Program-made: the position numbers and the translations under genes
Shown here: positions 30,931-40,127 of the stretch, piece by piece
How the letters are laid out: every line of letters starts with the position of its first letter
How positions within the stretch are numbered: the stretch's first letter is position 1
DNA from: Candidatus Azobacteroides sp.
GTDB lineage: Bacteria; Bacteroidota; Bacteroidia; Bacteroidales; WRGA01
DNA length: 64,000 nt
NCBI GenBank assembly: GCA_021201815.1
Contig: JAJQEC010000056.1
Span: 5,926-69,925, forward strand
Direction: 5' to 3'
Notes under the pieces: model-generated
The model's input: the letters and a program-made list of their open reading frames with translations, nothing else
What the model was told of the DNA's origin: nothing
Database searches by the model: none

Positions 30931-31129
30931 TAGTCTTTCAAAAACTATTCTTATATGTAATTAAAATCCGTAAGAAGTACTTATAAAAACGAATGGTGTA
31001 GTTATTATTTATTATTTGTCTCATTCTTATGCTATTGTTTAGTAATTTTAAACAGGATTAAAACTTTATATCATAGATTTTGTTTTTCTTTGTGGTTTCT
31101 AATGTCTTTAGCATTCAAAAACAACTAAA

Positions 31130-31756
31130 ATGAAAAAAAGCCTTTTCTTTTCTTATATATTTATTTTTCTCTTCTCTGTTTCTGTTTCAGCACAAACGAT
31201 GGAACAATTGTTTATTTCCATGCCGGATTCCTTGTTACCACTTCTTAACCAGGAGAAAAAGGTGGAATTGACAGAGCATCTCAAAAACGGGCAGGAGGGA
31301 AAGGTCGTAAATAAGCTTCAGGGGGAAACCGTATTAATAGCATTAACAGATACCTATTTTTTTCTTCAGTCTACTCAACAGACTACATTAGAAGCTAAAG
31401 TATTACCTATCAATGAATATTATAATATAATTTGTTTAATTAAAACTTGTTGTGGGCCGGCCTGTGAAAGTCAGGTCAGTTTCTATACTCCGGATTGGAA
31501 ACCATTAAATAACACCTATTTTAAAGGAACAAAGCCGGAGGAGTTTTTTAACGATATCTCTTCAGAAGAATGTAAAATTAAAAAAGCACAGATAGATCTG
31601 TCAACTATTCAGTATAAACTGGAAAAAGATTCTGACCGGTTAACAGCTAGCTTTACGCTTAAATATTATTGGAATAAGGAAGAATATGAAAAAATAGCTC
31701 CTTGCCTTCAGGAATATATTTCTTATAGCTGGCAAGGCAATGGTTTCTACCGGTAA
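31130..31756 (+). CDS. secreted hypothetical protein (DUF3256-like guess)
   Basis: Signal peptide FIFLFSVSVSAQT followed by MEQLFISMPDSLLPLL, which resembles the DUF3256 N-terminal block. The family call is weak. Confidence 0.65.
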   Translation: MKKSLFFSYIFIFLFSVSVSAQTMEQLFISMPDSLLPLLNQEKKVELTEHLKNGQEGKVVNKLQGETVLIALTDTYFFLQSTQQTTLEAKVLPINEYYNIICLIKTCCGPACESQVSFYTPDWKPLNNTYFKGTKPEEFFNDISSEECKIKKAQIDLSTIQYKLEKDSDRLTASFTLKYYWNKEEYEKIAPCLQEYISYSWQGNGFYR

Positions 31757-31959
31757 TCAAAGAACAATAGCTTAATCTCTTAGTATGTTTGTTATCATTA
31801 GCTCTCCTTATCAGTTAAAATGATTCTCTAAAAGAGAAGTCCTTTTCTACAAGAAAAAGGAAACTGGTAAAAATAACATACATATCCCAGCTACATTCTG
31901 ATTTATAAAAAAAAACTTTCCATTGGCTCCTTTTATTTCTTCTTTTTTTGATTTGTTGT

Positions 31960-33393
31960 ATGAAAGTAATACTGGGAATATCGGCTTATTATCATGATAG
32001 TGGAGTAGCTCTTCTGATAAATGGAAAAATTATTGCTGCAGCACAGGAAGAGCGGTTTACAACAAAGAAACATGATGAATCTTTTCCTGTGAATGCACTG
32101 GAATTTGTTTTAAGAGAAGCCGGACTCACGGGTGCGGATGTAGAATATGTGGCTTTTTATCCGTCTCTTTTCGAACGGTCAGCTATTCTTACGGTGGATA
32201 GAGTGGGAGAGTGGGCAACTCTTACCATAGGCCGGGGAAATAAAAATCGAATAGAAATCATCAGGGAACTATATTTTCCTCATTCGCTGGGTTTATTATA
32301 TTCGTCATTTACTTATTATTGTGGTTTTAAAGTAAATGAGGGAGAGTATAAACTGATGGGACTGGTCCTTTATGGAAATTCAACTTCTGAGCGGAGACAA
32401 AAGTATATCCATTTGATTAAAGAGTATCTGGTAGATATCCGGAAAAATGGTTCTTTTCTGCAGAATATGCGTTATTTCGATTATGCAACCGGATTGCGAA
32501 TGACGAATAATAAAAAATGGACAATGTTATTCGGGCTACCTCCACGACAACCGGAAAGGGAACTGCTACAGGAATATATGGATACAGCCGGCAGTTGGTG
32601 ATGCCGGAGGAAACATTGGTACAGCTTATGCGATATGGAATATATTTCCGGGGAGAAAAAGAAGTGTCATCTTTCCGGATTCTATGTGCGGTTCTTATCT
32701 GGGACCATCTTTTTCGGAGAAAGATGTGCTGAATTTAATCCGTAAGACCGGTGCACAGACAGAGAAAAAAAGCGAGGAAGAATTTATTATCTACTGTTTC
32801 CCGGTTAATAAAAGAAGGAAATATAATTGGTTGGTTTCAGGGAAAAATGGAATTTGGACCCCATACGCTAGGTAATCGTTCCATTCTTGCTGATCCCGGA
32901 AATGAAGAAATGCAGAAGAGATTAAATCTGAACATAAAATACCGGGAAAGCTTTCGTCCGTTCGCACCCAGTGTATTAGAAGAAGATGCGCAGGTATATT
33001 CTGATTTAAACCATTTATCTCCTTTATGCTTTGTAGGATTAGTAAATCCGGATTACAGACTTCCCTTACCTGAAAATTACAAATCTCTTCCTTACATGGA
33101 AAAACTTTATTGTAAGCGTTCTTTATTTTTTCTATTACGCATGTAGATTTTTCAGCTCGTATACAAATAGTTTCAGAAAAGACAAATCCACGCTATTATG
33201 CTTTGCTGAAGGAATATAAGAAAATTACCGGATACACGGGATGTTAATTAATACCAGTTTAATGTAAGGGGAGAACCCATTGTCTGCACACCGGAAGATG
33301 CTTATCGGATGTTTTATAACTACTGAGATCGATTATTTAGTAATAGGAGATTGGTTATTTTATAAAAATTATAAACTGCAAAAGCTTATATAA
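31960..33393 (+). pseudogene. NodU/CmcH-family carbamoyltransferase, heavily degraded (multiple frameshifts, stops and an internal deletion)
   Basis: The N-terminus MKVILGISAYYHDSGVALLINGKIIAAAQEERFTTKKHDESFP is canonical. The homology then hops through ORFs 31948-32601, 32517-32732, 32684-32875 and 32751-33146. An unlisted tail (VDFSARIQIV..NPRYYALLKEYKKITG..LINTSFNVRGEPIVCTPEDAY..EIDYLVIGDWLFYK) ends at the stop at 33391-33393. Confidence 0.85.
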
Positions 33394-33994
33394 CTTCCTT
33401 TTGTACCTATGTTTTCTTTGCAGTTTAGTTATATCTGTCAGACGCCGCTGAATCTACTGAATCCATCATCCACAGGAATACTACTCCTGTAATAAATTGA
33501 CGACATCACTTTAACTTCCCTATCTTACATAGTAAGTTCTTTTATGTGGGAATCTAATTGCTTTTTTATATGTTCAAGGCAACGACTTTAGCACCTTCCT
33601 ATACGAAACTTTTAGCAATGCTGACTCCCGATTGCTCCGATTCCGGTGCTTCTTAAATAAACAAAGCAAGCTCAGGTTACAAACTCTGTTGCCAGCATAA
33701 AGAATTTCTTATTATTTGGATAATTGTAAATATCAAAAAACAAATAAGGTCTGAATTTTATTTCAAACCTTATCGTCTTATTTAGTGTAAACTGATATGT
33801 AACTATCATAATATATTAATAAAGCATTATATCTTCATAATAACAACTCCTTAAATATTTCTTTTAAATACTTATAAAAAGATAAAGAAGTCCACTTTTG
33901 CTTTTTGGATATTTTTACTACTTGTAATCAAACCCCACCCCTTTGGCGGAGCAAAGGTACTCCTCTTCTTCGAGGGGAGAGTAGGTGGTGCACA

Positions 33995-34050
33995 GAATAA
34001 TAAACCATTTAATAGGGAAGTAGTAGAATTTGCTCGGAATAATAAACCAT
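33995..34050. repeat. perfect 14-bp direct repeat GAATAATAAACCAT x2
   Basis: Copies at 33995-34008 and 34037-34050, 42 bp start-to-start. Confidence 0.8.
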
Positions 34051-34121
34051 AAAAATAAAGCTACAAGGTATACCTAATTATACTCTTAGCTTTGTCAAAC
34101 ATACCAACTGGCAAATCAATT

Positions 34122-34209
34122 TTTAGTACTAGAGTGGATTCACTTTAGTACTATAGTGAAACAACTTTAGTACTAAAAATCCTCCACTTTAGTACTAAAG
34201 TAGATAGAT
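34122..34209. repeat. four phased boxes TTTAGTACTA (palindromic core TAGTACTA) at exact 22-bp spacing
   Basis: Copies start at 34122, 34144, 34166 and 34188. The units are TTTAGTACTAGAGTGGATTCAC, TTTAGTACTATAGTGAAACAAC, TTTAGTACTAAAAATCCTCCAC and TTTAGTACTAAAGTAGATAGAT. Confidence 0.9.
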
Positions 34210-34279
34210 TCTAACTAAAAAAACGGCTTTTGTGCCGTATTAGTTAACCAACTATCCCGTATTCACTGGCTGATTTTTG

Positions 34280-34329
34280 AAAATAAAAAAATAGTTTCCG
34301 GCAGAAACACAATGCGCTTCTGCCGGAAA
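34280..34329 (-). terminator. rho-independent terminator of the HU-like gene
   Basis: Perfect 12-bp stem tttccggcagaa (34295-34306) / ttctgccggaaa (34318-34329). On the minus strand it is followed by a T tract (complement of the A run at about 34283-34291). Confidence 0.75.
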
Positions 34330-34340
34330 TTATCTTCTAC

Positions 34341-34781
34341 TTAATATTGTTCCCGTTCGGCTTTTCTACTTTCTTCGCGGGTTTTTACAGAAACCACATT
34401 TTCAAAATCCAGGTCTTGTAGACTGGATTTGAGCAGTTTTCCGGGCCGGAATCGAATCCGGGCATCCCGGATATATAACCTGGGAGACTGCACAAGGGCA
34501 TCGAAAGAAACCGCTCCGTCACTAGAGAGCTGGTACTGAAACCTGCCAAAATCCCCCAGATCTACCATATCTCCATCCGAAAGGTGTCCTTTTATATTGG
34601 CTATCAGACCGTATAAGACGCTCAGGATATCATTTTCTTCAAGGGAACTTCTTCCTCCTAACTCTCTGGCAATTCTATTCAGGTTTATTTTTTCTCTGAC
34701 TTGTGCTTTCGCGTAAAAGCGGGCAGCTTCATCCGGTTTGAACGGGTTAGGGAGCTGTGCTACAGAAAATTTTATACTCAT
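34341..34781 (-). CDS. HU-family (HU_HIG-like) DNA-binding protein
   Basis: Started at MSIKFSVAQLPNPFKPDEAARFYAKAQVREKINLNRIARELGGRSSLEENDILSVLYGLIANIKGHLSDGDMVDLGDFGRF, typical of Bacteroidales HU-like accessory proteins. The 70-aa upstream extension in the ORF track is probably not translated. Confidence 0.75.
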   Translation of the reverse strand: MSIKFSVAQLPNPFKPDEAARFYAKAQVREKINLNRIARELGGRSSLEENDILSVLYGLIANIKGHLSDGDMVDLGDFGRFQYQLSSDGAVSFDALVQSPRLYIRDARIRFRPGKLLKSSLQDLDFENVVSVKTREESRKAEREQY

Positions 34782-35210
34782 AATTTGTTGTTTTAAATAA
34801 TTAATACTGTAAAAATACAATGGAAAAATGCATGGTGTTGTTACATGCCGGGTCATTTTCTTAGCGAACGTTCTATTTAAACCAAGTGAAATGAATGTAT
34901 ATAGTGTTGTAGCGCCTATCAATAAAGAAAGAGCACCTATAATTAAGAAGCTAAAGGATGGAAGAAGAAATAAGAATGTATTGTTATTCATATTATTATT
35001 GTTTTATGTGTACAAATATACAATTTAAAACTGCAAAATACAACTGTTTTTGTTTTTATTTTGGTAAGTATTTTTCTTATTTTTTACTTATTATTTGGGG
35101 AAAGGCTTGTGGGTAGGGTTATTGTGGCGTAGATAAATGCGATTGTTATTTTAATTAATGGAAGATACCAGACATGGGTAACCTCTACTGATGTTTTAAT
35201 ATATGGCTTG

Positions 35211-35740
35211 TCAACTGTGGGTTAACCCTACTTCTTTTTGCGGCAAAAAAGTAATTCCTTTCTCAGAAGGGAAGAGCTGGTGAAATACTAGACAACTCTC
35301 CTCTGGAAGAGGGAAAGCACCTTGGATGAAGTCAAAGGGGAGGGGTTGGTAATAATCAGTTGAACTATCCGAATAAAAACTCTTCAACACCTTGTATCTC
35401 CTATGTGCTTCAGCAACATCACATCGCGAATATGCTTCTTGTCCGGAAGAACATTTCCTGTTCTGTTGTAACACTGATGACGGTTGGTACTGATAAGTTT
35501 ATATGCTTTTCCGTTCAGTATAAATCCTTTATCTGTTGAAAATTCAAACCAGCGGATGCCTAGTGGCTGCATTATTTCATCCGGCAGTGTATTATTTTGC
35601 ATCATAGAGGTGGTTATATACACCGTATACGGTTCCGGTGATTCGGACTTCATAACCGGGGAGTTAAAAAGAAGCTGTTGTTCATTTTCCAGTACATTTT
35701 CTTCAGAGGGTAATGTGGTGTACTTCTTCCGGAAAAACAA
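35211..35740 (-). pseudogene. fragment of a glycoside hydrolase family 2 (beta-galactosidase-like) gene
   Basis: LGIRWFEFSTDKGFILNGKAYKLISTNRHQ matches the GH2 sandwich-to-TIM-barrel junction. The frame then breaks (two overlapping ORFs). Both the N-terminal and C-terminal several hundred residues of a normal GH2 are missing. Confidence 0.7.
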
Positions 35741-35876
35741 TTTTCTATCATTATTTATATCCTAACAGGCTCTATCAACATATCCCGGAAAATGGATGTT
35801 AATAATCTGGTGGAAAGTAGCATGTATGCAAAGAAATCAGGTTTGTTAATATAAATAAAAAGAATGATTCAACGAA

Positions 35877-36770
35877 TTAATAGACGTTCCTTAAAGGAGG
35901 CTTCAGACAAATACCTACCCGTACCATGGAAGAATAGTCTTTGTAGTCGATAAGTGTTTCTCCGTACCCATTATACCATTGCAGGAAAAGATAAGGATTA
36001 AGTTTTTGATTTATTTTATAATTTAATTCGATCTTGGTGTTATAACCCCGGAAATAATCCCTTGGGTAAATAAGTGCGGATACCCAGAACTTATCATTCG
36101 TAGTCTTGTAATTGCAAGCTAATAAACCATATCCCCGGTATCTTAATAAGTCTTTATTTTCATCACCCATGGAACCTGCCCAGACTTTACCCTGGAGGGA
36201 AAAGTTTATATTGAAGAAATAAGCAGCGGAAAGTACGATATAATTCCAGCTACGGGAATCCGTATCCTGTTTCCCATTTGATTCATGTTCTATGGAAAGT
36301 GAAGCAAGCCCTCTAAGCTCATCTTTGAATATAAGAGGTTTTCCTAATAAAAGTGCCGGGTTGTAATTATTTTCGGAAAAAGGAGATGAACTTTCATAAA
36401 TTTTTCCGAAAGACCGTTGACTGTAAGTTAACAACAGGAAAGTATTCCAGGGTAATATTGTTTTTGTAATTCTATATTGGATACTGATCTGGAATAAAGC
36501 ATCCGCTGTATGACGGGTTATTTTTTTATTAGTTGGGATTCCCGTCATAATATAATTATCCCGGTACATCCCGAAAGCCGGTTGTTTATCGAATATATTG
36601 ATTATTTCCTCTTCCGGTAAATGTAGGTACAATGGTTTTTTAAAGTCAATATCGGATGTATCTGCTTGTTCCATAATTGCTTCCTCAATATTCTGGTTCT
36701 GGGAATATAGTTGAAAAGACAACAGGAAACTTAGTGTAATAAAAAGAATAGTGCTAAAACATTTTTTCAT
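35877..36770 (-). CDS. pldA: outer membrane phospholipase A (OMPLA)
   Basis: Signal peptide, YRDNYIMTG, and the catalytic block IEHESNGK (HxSNG). Confidence 0.8.
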   Translation of the reverse strand: MKKCFSTILFITLSFLLSFQLYSQNQNIEEAIMEQADTSDIDFKKPLYLHLPEEEIINIFDKQPAFGMYRDNYIMTGIPTNKKITRHTADALFQISIQYRITKTILPWNTFLLLTYSQRSFGKIYESSSPFSENNYNPALLLGKPLIFKDELRGLASLSIEHESNGKQDTDSRSWNYIVLSAAYFFNINFSLQGKVWAGSMGDENKDLLRYRGYGLLACNYKTTNDKFWVSALIYPRDYFRGYNTKIELNYKINQKLNPYLFLQWYNGYGETLIDYKDYSSMVRVGICLKPPLRNVY

Positions 36771-36854
36771 TGCCGGATAAACGTGTTTTTATCTTTTGTA
36801 TAATCAACACATTAACAAAAGCCGGCTTAAAGAAGTTCATTCCATACCTGCTCA

Positions 36855-36906
36855 AAAGAAAAATCTTGTGAGAAATAGAAGGTATCTATTAAAACCCACA
36901 AGATTT
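36855..36906 (-). terminator. probable uvrA terminator
   Basis: 10-bp stem aaatcttgtg (36861-36870) / cacaagattt (36897-36906). On the minus strand it is followed by TTTTCTTTTG. The loop is long (26 nt). Confidence 0.5.
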
Positions 36907-36929
36907 CCCGGATATGGATAAATATAAAA

Positions 36930-39776
36930 TTATTTTTCTTTCTTTCTTTTTTTGTCCGCCTGCAATTCCTCTTTTAAATACTTCGCAGTATATCCTTTTT
37001 TGCTTTTACTTACTTCTTCAGGAGTCCCTGTAACTAAGACTTTTCCTCCGTTTTTTCCACCTTCCGGACCCATATCAATAATATAATCGGCAGATTTGAT
37101 TACATCCATATTATGTTCAATAATAATGACTGTATTTCCTTTATCTACAAGACGATTGATAACTTTTAACAGTACCCGGATATCTTCAAAATGTAAACCT
37201 GTTGTCGGTTCATCCAGGACGTAAAGAGTTTTGCCGGTATCCCGTTTGGCTAATTCGGTAGCTAATTTTACTCGTTGGCTTTCTCCTCCGGATAAGGTGG
37301 TAGAGGATTGTCCGAGTTTAATGTAACCTAATCCTACTTCCTGTAATACTTTTATTTTTTGTAAAATGGAAGGTACATTCTCAAAAAACTCTACAGCCAT
37401 GTTGATAGTCATATTCAGCACATCAGCAATTGATTTCCCTTTGTAACGAATTTCCAGAGTTTCTCTGTTATAACGTTTTCCCTGACAGTCTTCACAAGGA
37501 ACATATACATCCGGAAGGAAATTCATTTCTATGGTTTTATAACCGTTTCCTTTACAGGTTTCACATCTTCCTCCTGTTACATTAAATGAAAACCGTCCGG
37601 GTTTATATCCTCTGATCTTTGCTTCCGGCAATTCTACGAACAGTTTCTGGATGTCAGCAAAAACACCGGTATAGGTAGCCGGGTTTGATCTTGGAGTACG
37701 TCTTAGAGGTGCCTGGTTTACATCAACAATTTTATCGATATTTTTAATTCCTTCTACAGAAGAGTAGGGGAGAGGATCTTTCAGAGAATGGTAAAAGTGC
37801 TGGCTAAGTAATGGCTGTAGGGTTTCGTTGATTAAGGTGGACTTACCACTGCCGGAAACTCCGGTAACACAAATAAGAGTTCCTAAAGGAAATTCTACGT
37901 TTACATTTTTCAGGTTATTTCCTTTGGCTCCTTTTATTACTAACTTCTCACCATTTCCCTTTCTTCGTTCTTCCGGTATTTCTATAGTCCGTTTACCGTT
38001 CAGAAATGAAGATGTCAAGGTGTCCGTTTGAATCATTTCCTGAGGGGTACCTTCGAACACGATTTCACCACCGAATCTTCCGGCTTTTGGGCCAAGATCT
38101 ACCAGGTAATCCGAAGATAACATCATATCTTTATCATGTTCAACAACAATTACGGAATTACCAATGTCCCGGAGATTTTTCAATGAATTAATTAACCTGT
38201 CATTGTCCCGTTGATGTAATCCGATACTGGGTTCATCCAGAATATATAATACGTTTACAAGTTGTGAGCCGATTTGTGTTGCTAATCGTATTCGTTGACT
38301 TTCACCTCCTGAAAGAGATACGGAAGCGCGATTTAACGATAAATAATTTAATCCTACATCCATTAAGAATCCGATGCGGGAACGTATTTCTTTCAGAATT
38401 TCCGTAGCAATTCTGGTTTGCTTACTAGATAAATTTTCTTCCAGATTATTTGTCCATTCAAACAAATCACTGATATCCATGGAAGCTATTTCGGCAATGT
38501 TTTTTCCATTTATACGGTAATGTAAGGCCTCTTTGTTTAATCGTTGTCCCTTACATTCGGGGCATGTAGTTGTTTTAATAAATTGTCCTGCCCATTTCTG
38601 CTCTGTAGCAGAAGCATCGCCTTCATGCTGTAGCTCAATATATTTGATCACACCTTCATAAGACATGAAATAATTGGAACTTCCCAATGCATTATTTTTA
38701 ATATTAAGCCGCTCATCCGTTCCGTTTAATATCTCATCCATCGCTTCTTCCGGGATTTTCTTAATCGGATCTTTAAGCGTAAATCCGTATTTATCGCCAA
38801 TTGCTTCAATTTGCCAGAAGATAAATGAATTTTTGTATTTTCCCAGTGGTACAATTCCTCCCTGATAAATGGATAGGTTAGGGTTTGGAATAATTTTCTC
38901 AATATCAATCTGATTTACACTTCCTAATCCTTTACATTTCGGACATGCACCCTGAGGAGAATTAAATGAGAAATTATGCGGAGCGGGTTCGCTATAGGAA
39001 ATCCCTGAAGTCGGACACATTAAAAGCCGGCTATAATAACGTATGTCGTCTGTTTCCGCATCTTGAATCAATATTAATCCTTCCCCTTGCTTCATTGCTG
39101 TTTTTACACTGCTTTTCAGCCGGCGTTCATCTTTTTCATTTACAATCAATTTGTCAATAACTACTTCGATACTATGGTTTTTGTATCGGTCTAGTTTCAT
39201 TCCCGGAGAAATTTCCTGAATTTTTCCATCTACCCGAACATTCAAATATCCTTTTTTCCGTATATTTTCGAATAATTCTTTGTAATGACCTTTTCTGTTT
39301 CTTACCAATGGAGCTAGCAGATATATTTTCTTATTCTGATATTTCTCCAGTATAAGGCCAATTACCTGTTCCTCCGTGTATTTTACCATTTTTTCGCCGG
39401 AAACATACGAGTAAGCTTCTCCTGCTCTTGCGTATAACAAACGAAAGAAGTCGTATATTTCGGTAGTAGTTCCTACTGTAGAACGGGGATTCCGGTTTGT
39501 TGTTTTTTGTTCAATTGAAATCACAGGGCTTAAACCTGTTATTTTATCTACATCCGGACGTTCCATATTCCCCAGAAAATGGCGTGCATAAGGTGAAAAT
39601 GTTTCGATATAACGTCGCTGTCCTTCTGCAAATATTGTATCGAAAGCCAAAGAGGATTTACCACTTCCGCTTAATCCTGTAATAACAGTCAAACTGTTCC
39701 TGGGAATAGTAACATCTATATTTTTTAAATTGTGCACACGGGCACCAATTACTTCTATTTGTTCTTTTTCTTCCAT
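36930..39776 (-). CDS. uvrA: excinuclease ABC subunit A
   Basis: GLSGSGKSSLAFDTIFAEGQRRY, two ABC modules, zinc-finger cysteines (CPKCKG, CPECKG, CETCKG..CEDCQG). Start placed at the ATG (complement of 39774-39776), because the track start at 39794 is TTG. Confidence 0.93.
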   Translation of the reverse strand: MEEKEQIEVIGARVHNLKNIDVTIPRNSLTVITGLSGSGKSSLAFDTIFAEGQRRYIETFSPYARHFLGNMERPDVDKITGLSPVISIEQKTTNRNPRSTVGTTTEIYDFFRLLYARAGEAYSYVSGEKMVKYTEEQVIGLILEKYQNKKIYLLAPLVRNRKGHYKELFENIRKKGYLNVRVDGKIQEISPGMKLDRYKNHSIEVVIDKLIVNEKDERRLKSSVKTAMKQGEGLILIQDAETDDIRYYSRLLMCPTSGISYSEPAPHNFSFNSPQGACPKCKGLGSVNQIDIEKIIPNPNLSIYQGGIVPLGKYKNSFIFWQIEAIGDKYGFTLKDPIKKIPEEAMDEILNGTDERLNIKNNALGSSNYFMSYEGVIKYIELQHEGDASATEQKWAGQFIKTTTCPECKGQRLNKEALHYRINGKNIAEIASMDISDLFEWTNNLEENLSSKQTRIATEILKEIRSRIGFLMDVGLNYLSLNRASVSLSGGESQRIRLATQIGSQLVNVLYILDEPSIGLHQRDNDRLINSLKNLRDIGNSVIVVEHDKDMMLSSDYLVDLGPKAGRFGGEIVFEGTPQEMIQTDTLTSSFLNGKRTIEIPEERRKGNGEKLVIKGAKGNNLKNVNVEFPLGTLICVTGVSGSGKSTLINETLQPLLSQHFYHSLKDPLPYSSVEGIKNIDKIVDVNQAPLRRTPRSNPATYTGVFADIQKLFVELPEAKIRGYKPGRFSFNVTGGRCETCKGNGYKTIEMNFLPDVYVPCEDCQGKRYNRETLEIRYKGKSIADVLNMTINMAVEFFENVPSILQKIKVLQEVGLGYIKLGQSSTTLSGGESQRVKLATELAKRDTGKTLYVLDEPTTGLHFEDIRVLLKVINRLVDKGNTVIIIEHNMDVIKSADYIIDMGPEGGKNGGKVLVTGTPEEVSKSKKGYTAKYLKEELQADKKRKKEK

Positions 39777-40097
39777 ATGTTGCTTTGAATACAAACTTTC
39801 AGGTAATATAGCAATTATCTTTTACCTGTTCTTTTTCTTTAAATAATTTCTTATATTTATATATACTAAAAAATATCCCTTCTATCATTTTAGGTTAAAA
39901 TAACAGAATGATTTCTATTATGAATAAAAAGTAGAATGAATAAAATTAACTTGAAAATTAGGATATTACAAATATAAAAAGAAATATTAGATGATAATCA
40001 ATCCAAACTTATAATTTTTAATAATAACTATTTTAAAAATTATAAAATAATTATAATTTTGAATATTTAAATCGTTATAAATTAGATATATGAATAT

Positions 40098-40122
40098 AAA
40101 AGAGTAGGGGAGAGCCTCCCCT
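40098..40122 (-). terminator. short GC-rich hairpin terminator
   Basis: aggggag (40106-40112) / ctcccct (40116-40122), 5 nt after the stop codon of the transglycosylase gene. On the minus strand it is followed by a T-rich run. Confidence 0.5.
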
Positions 40123-40127
40123 TTATT

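Noticed and set aside
33935-33988. tRNA or tRNA fragment as an integration target
   Set aside because: There are only two internal hairpins with 6-nt loops. There is no T-loop GTTCGAAT-type sequence, no 7-bp acceptor stem and no CCA context. I found no convincing tRNA anywhere in the window.
34782-34991. 70-aa hydrophobic N-terminal extension of the HU-like ORF
   Set aside because: HU_HIG-like proteins start at the MSIKF-type N-terminus, and an ATG is present there. The extension is probably read-through of AT-rich upstream DNA, although a membrane-anchored variant cannot be strictly excluded.
39960-40095. AT-only quasi-repeats (aattataa, ataatttt) upstream of uvrA
   Set aside because: This is low-complexity AT-rich spacer with no consistent period or conserved unit.
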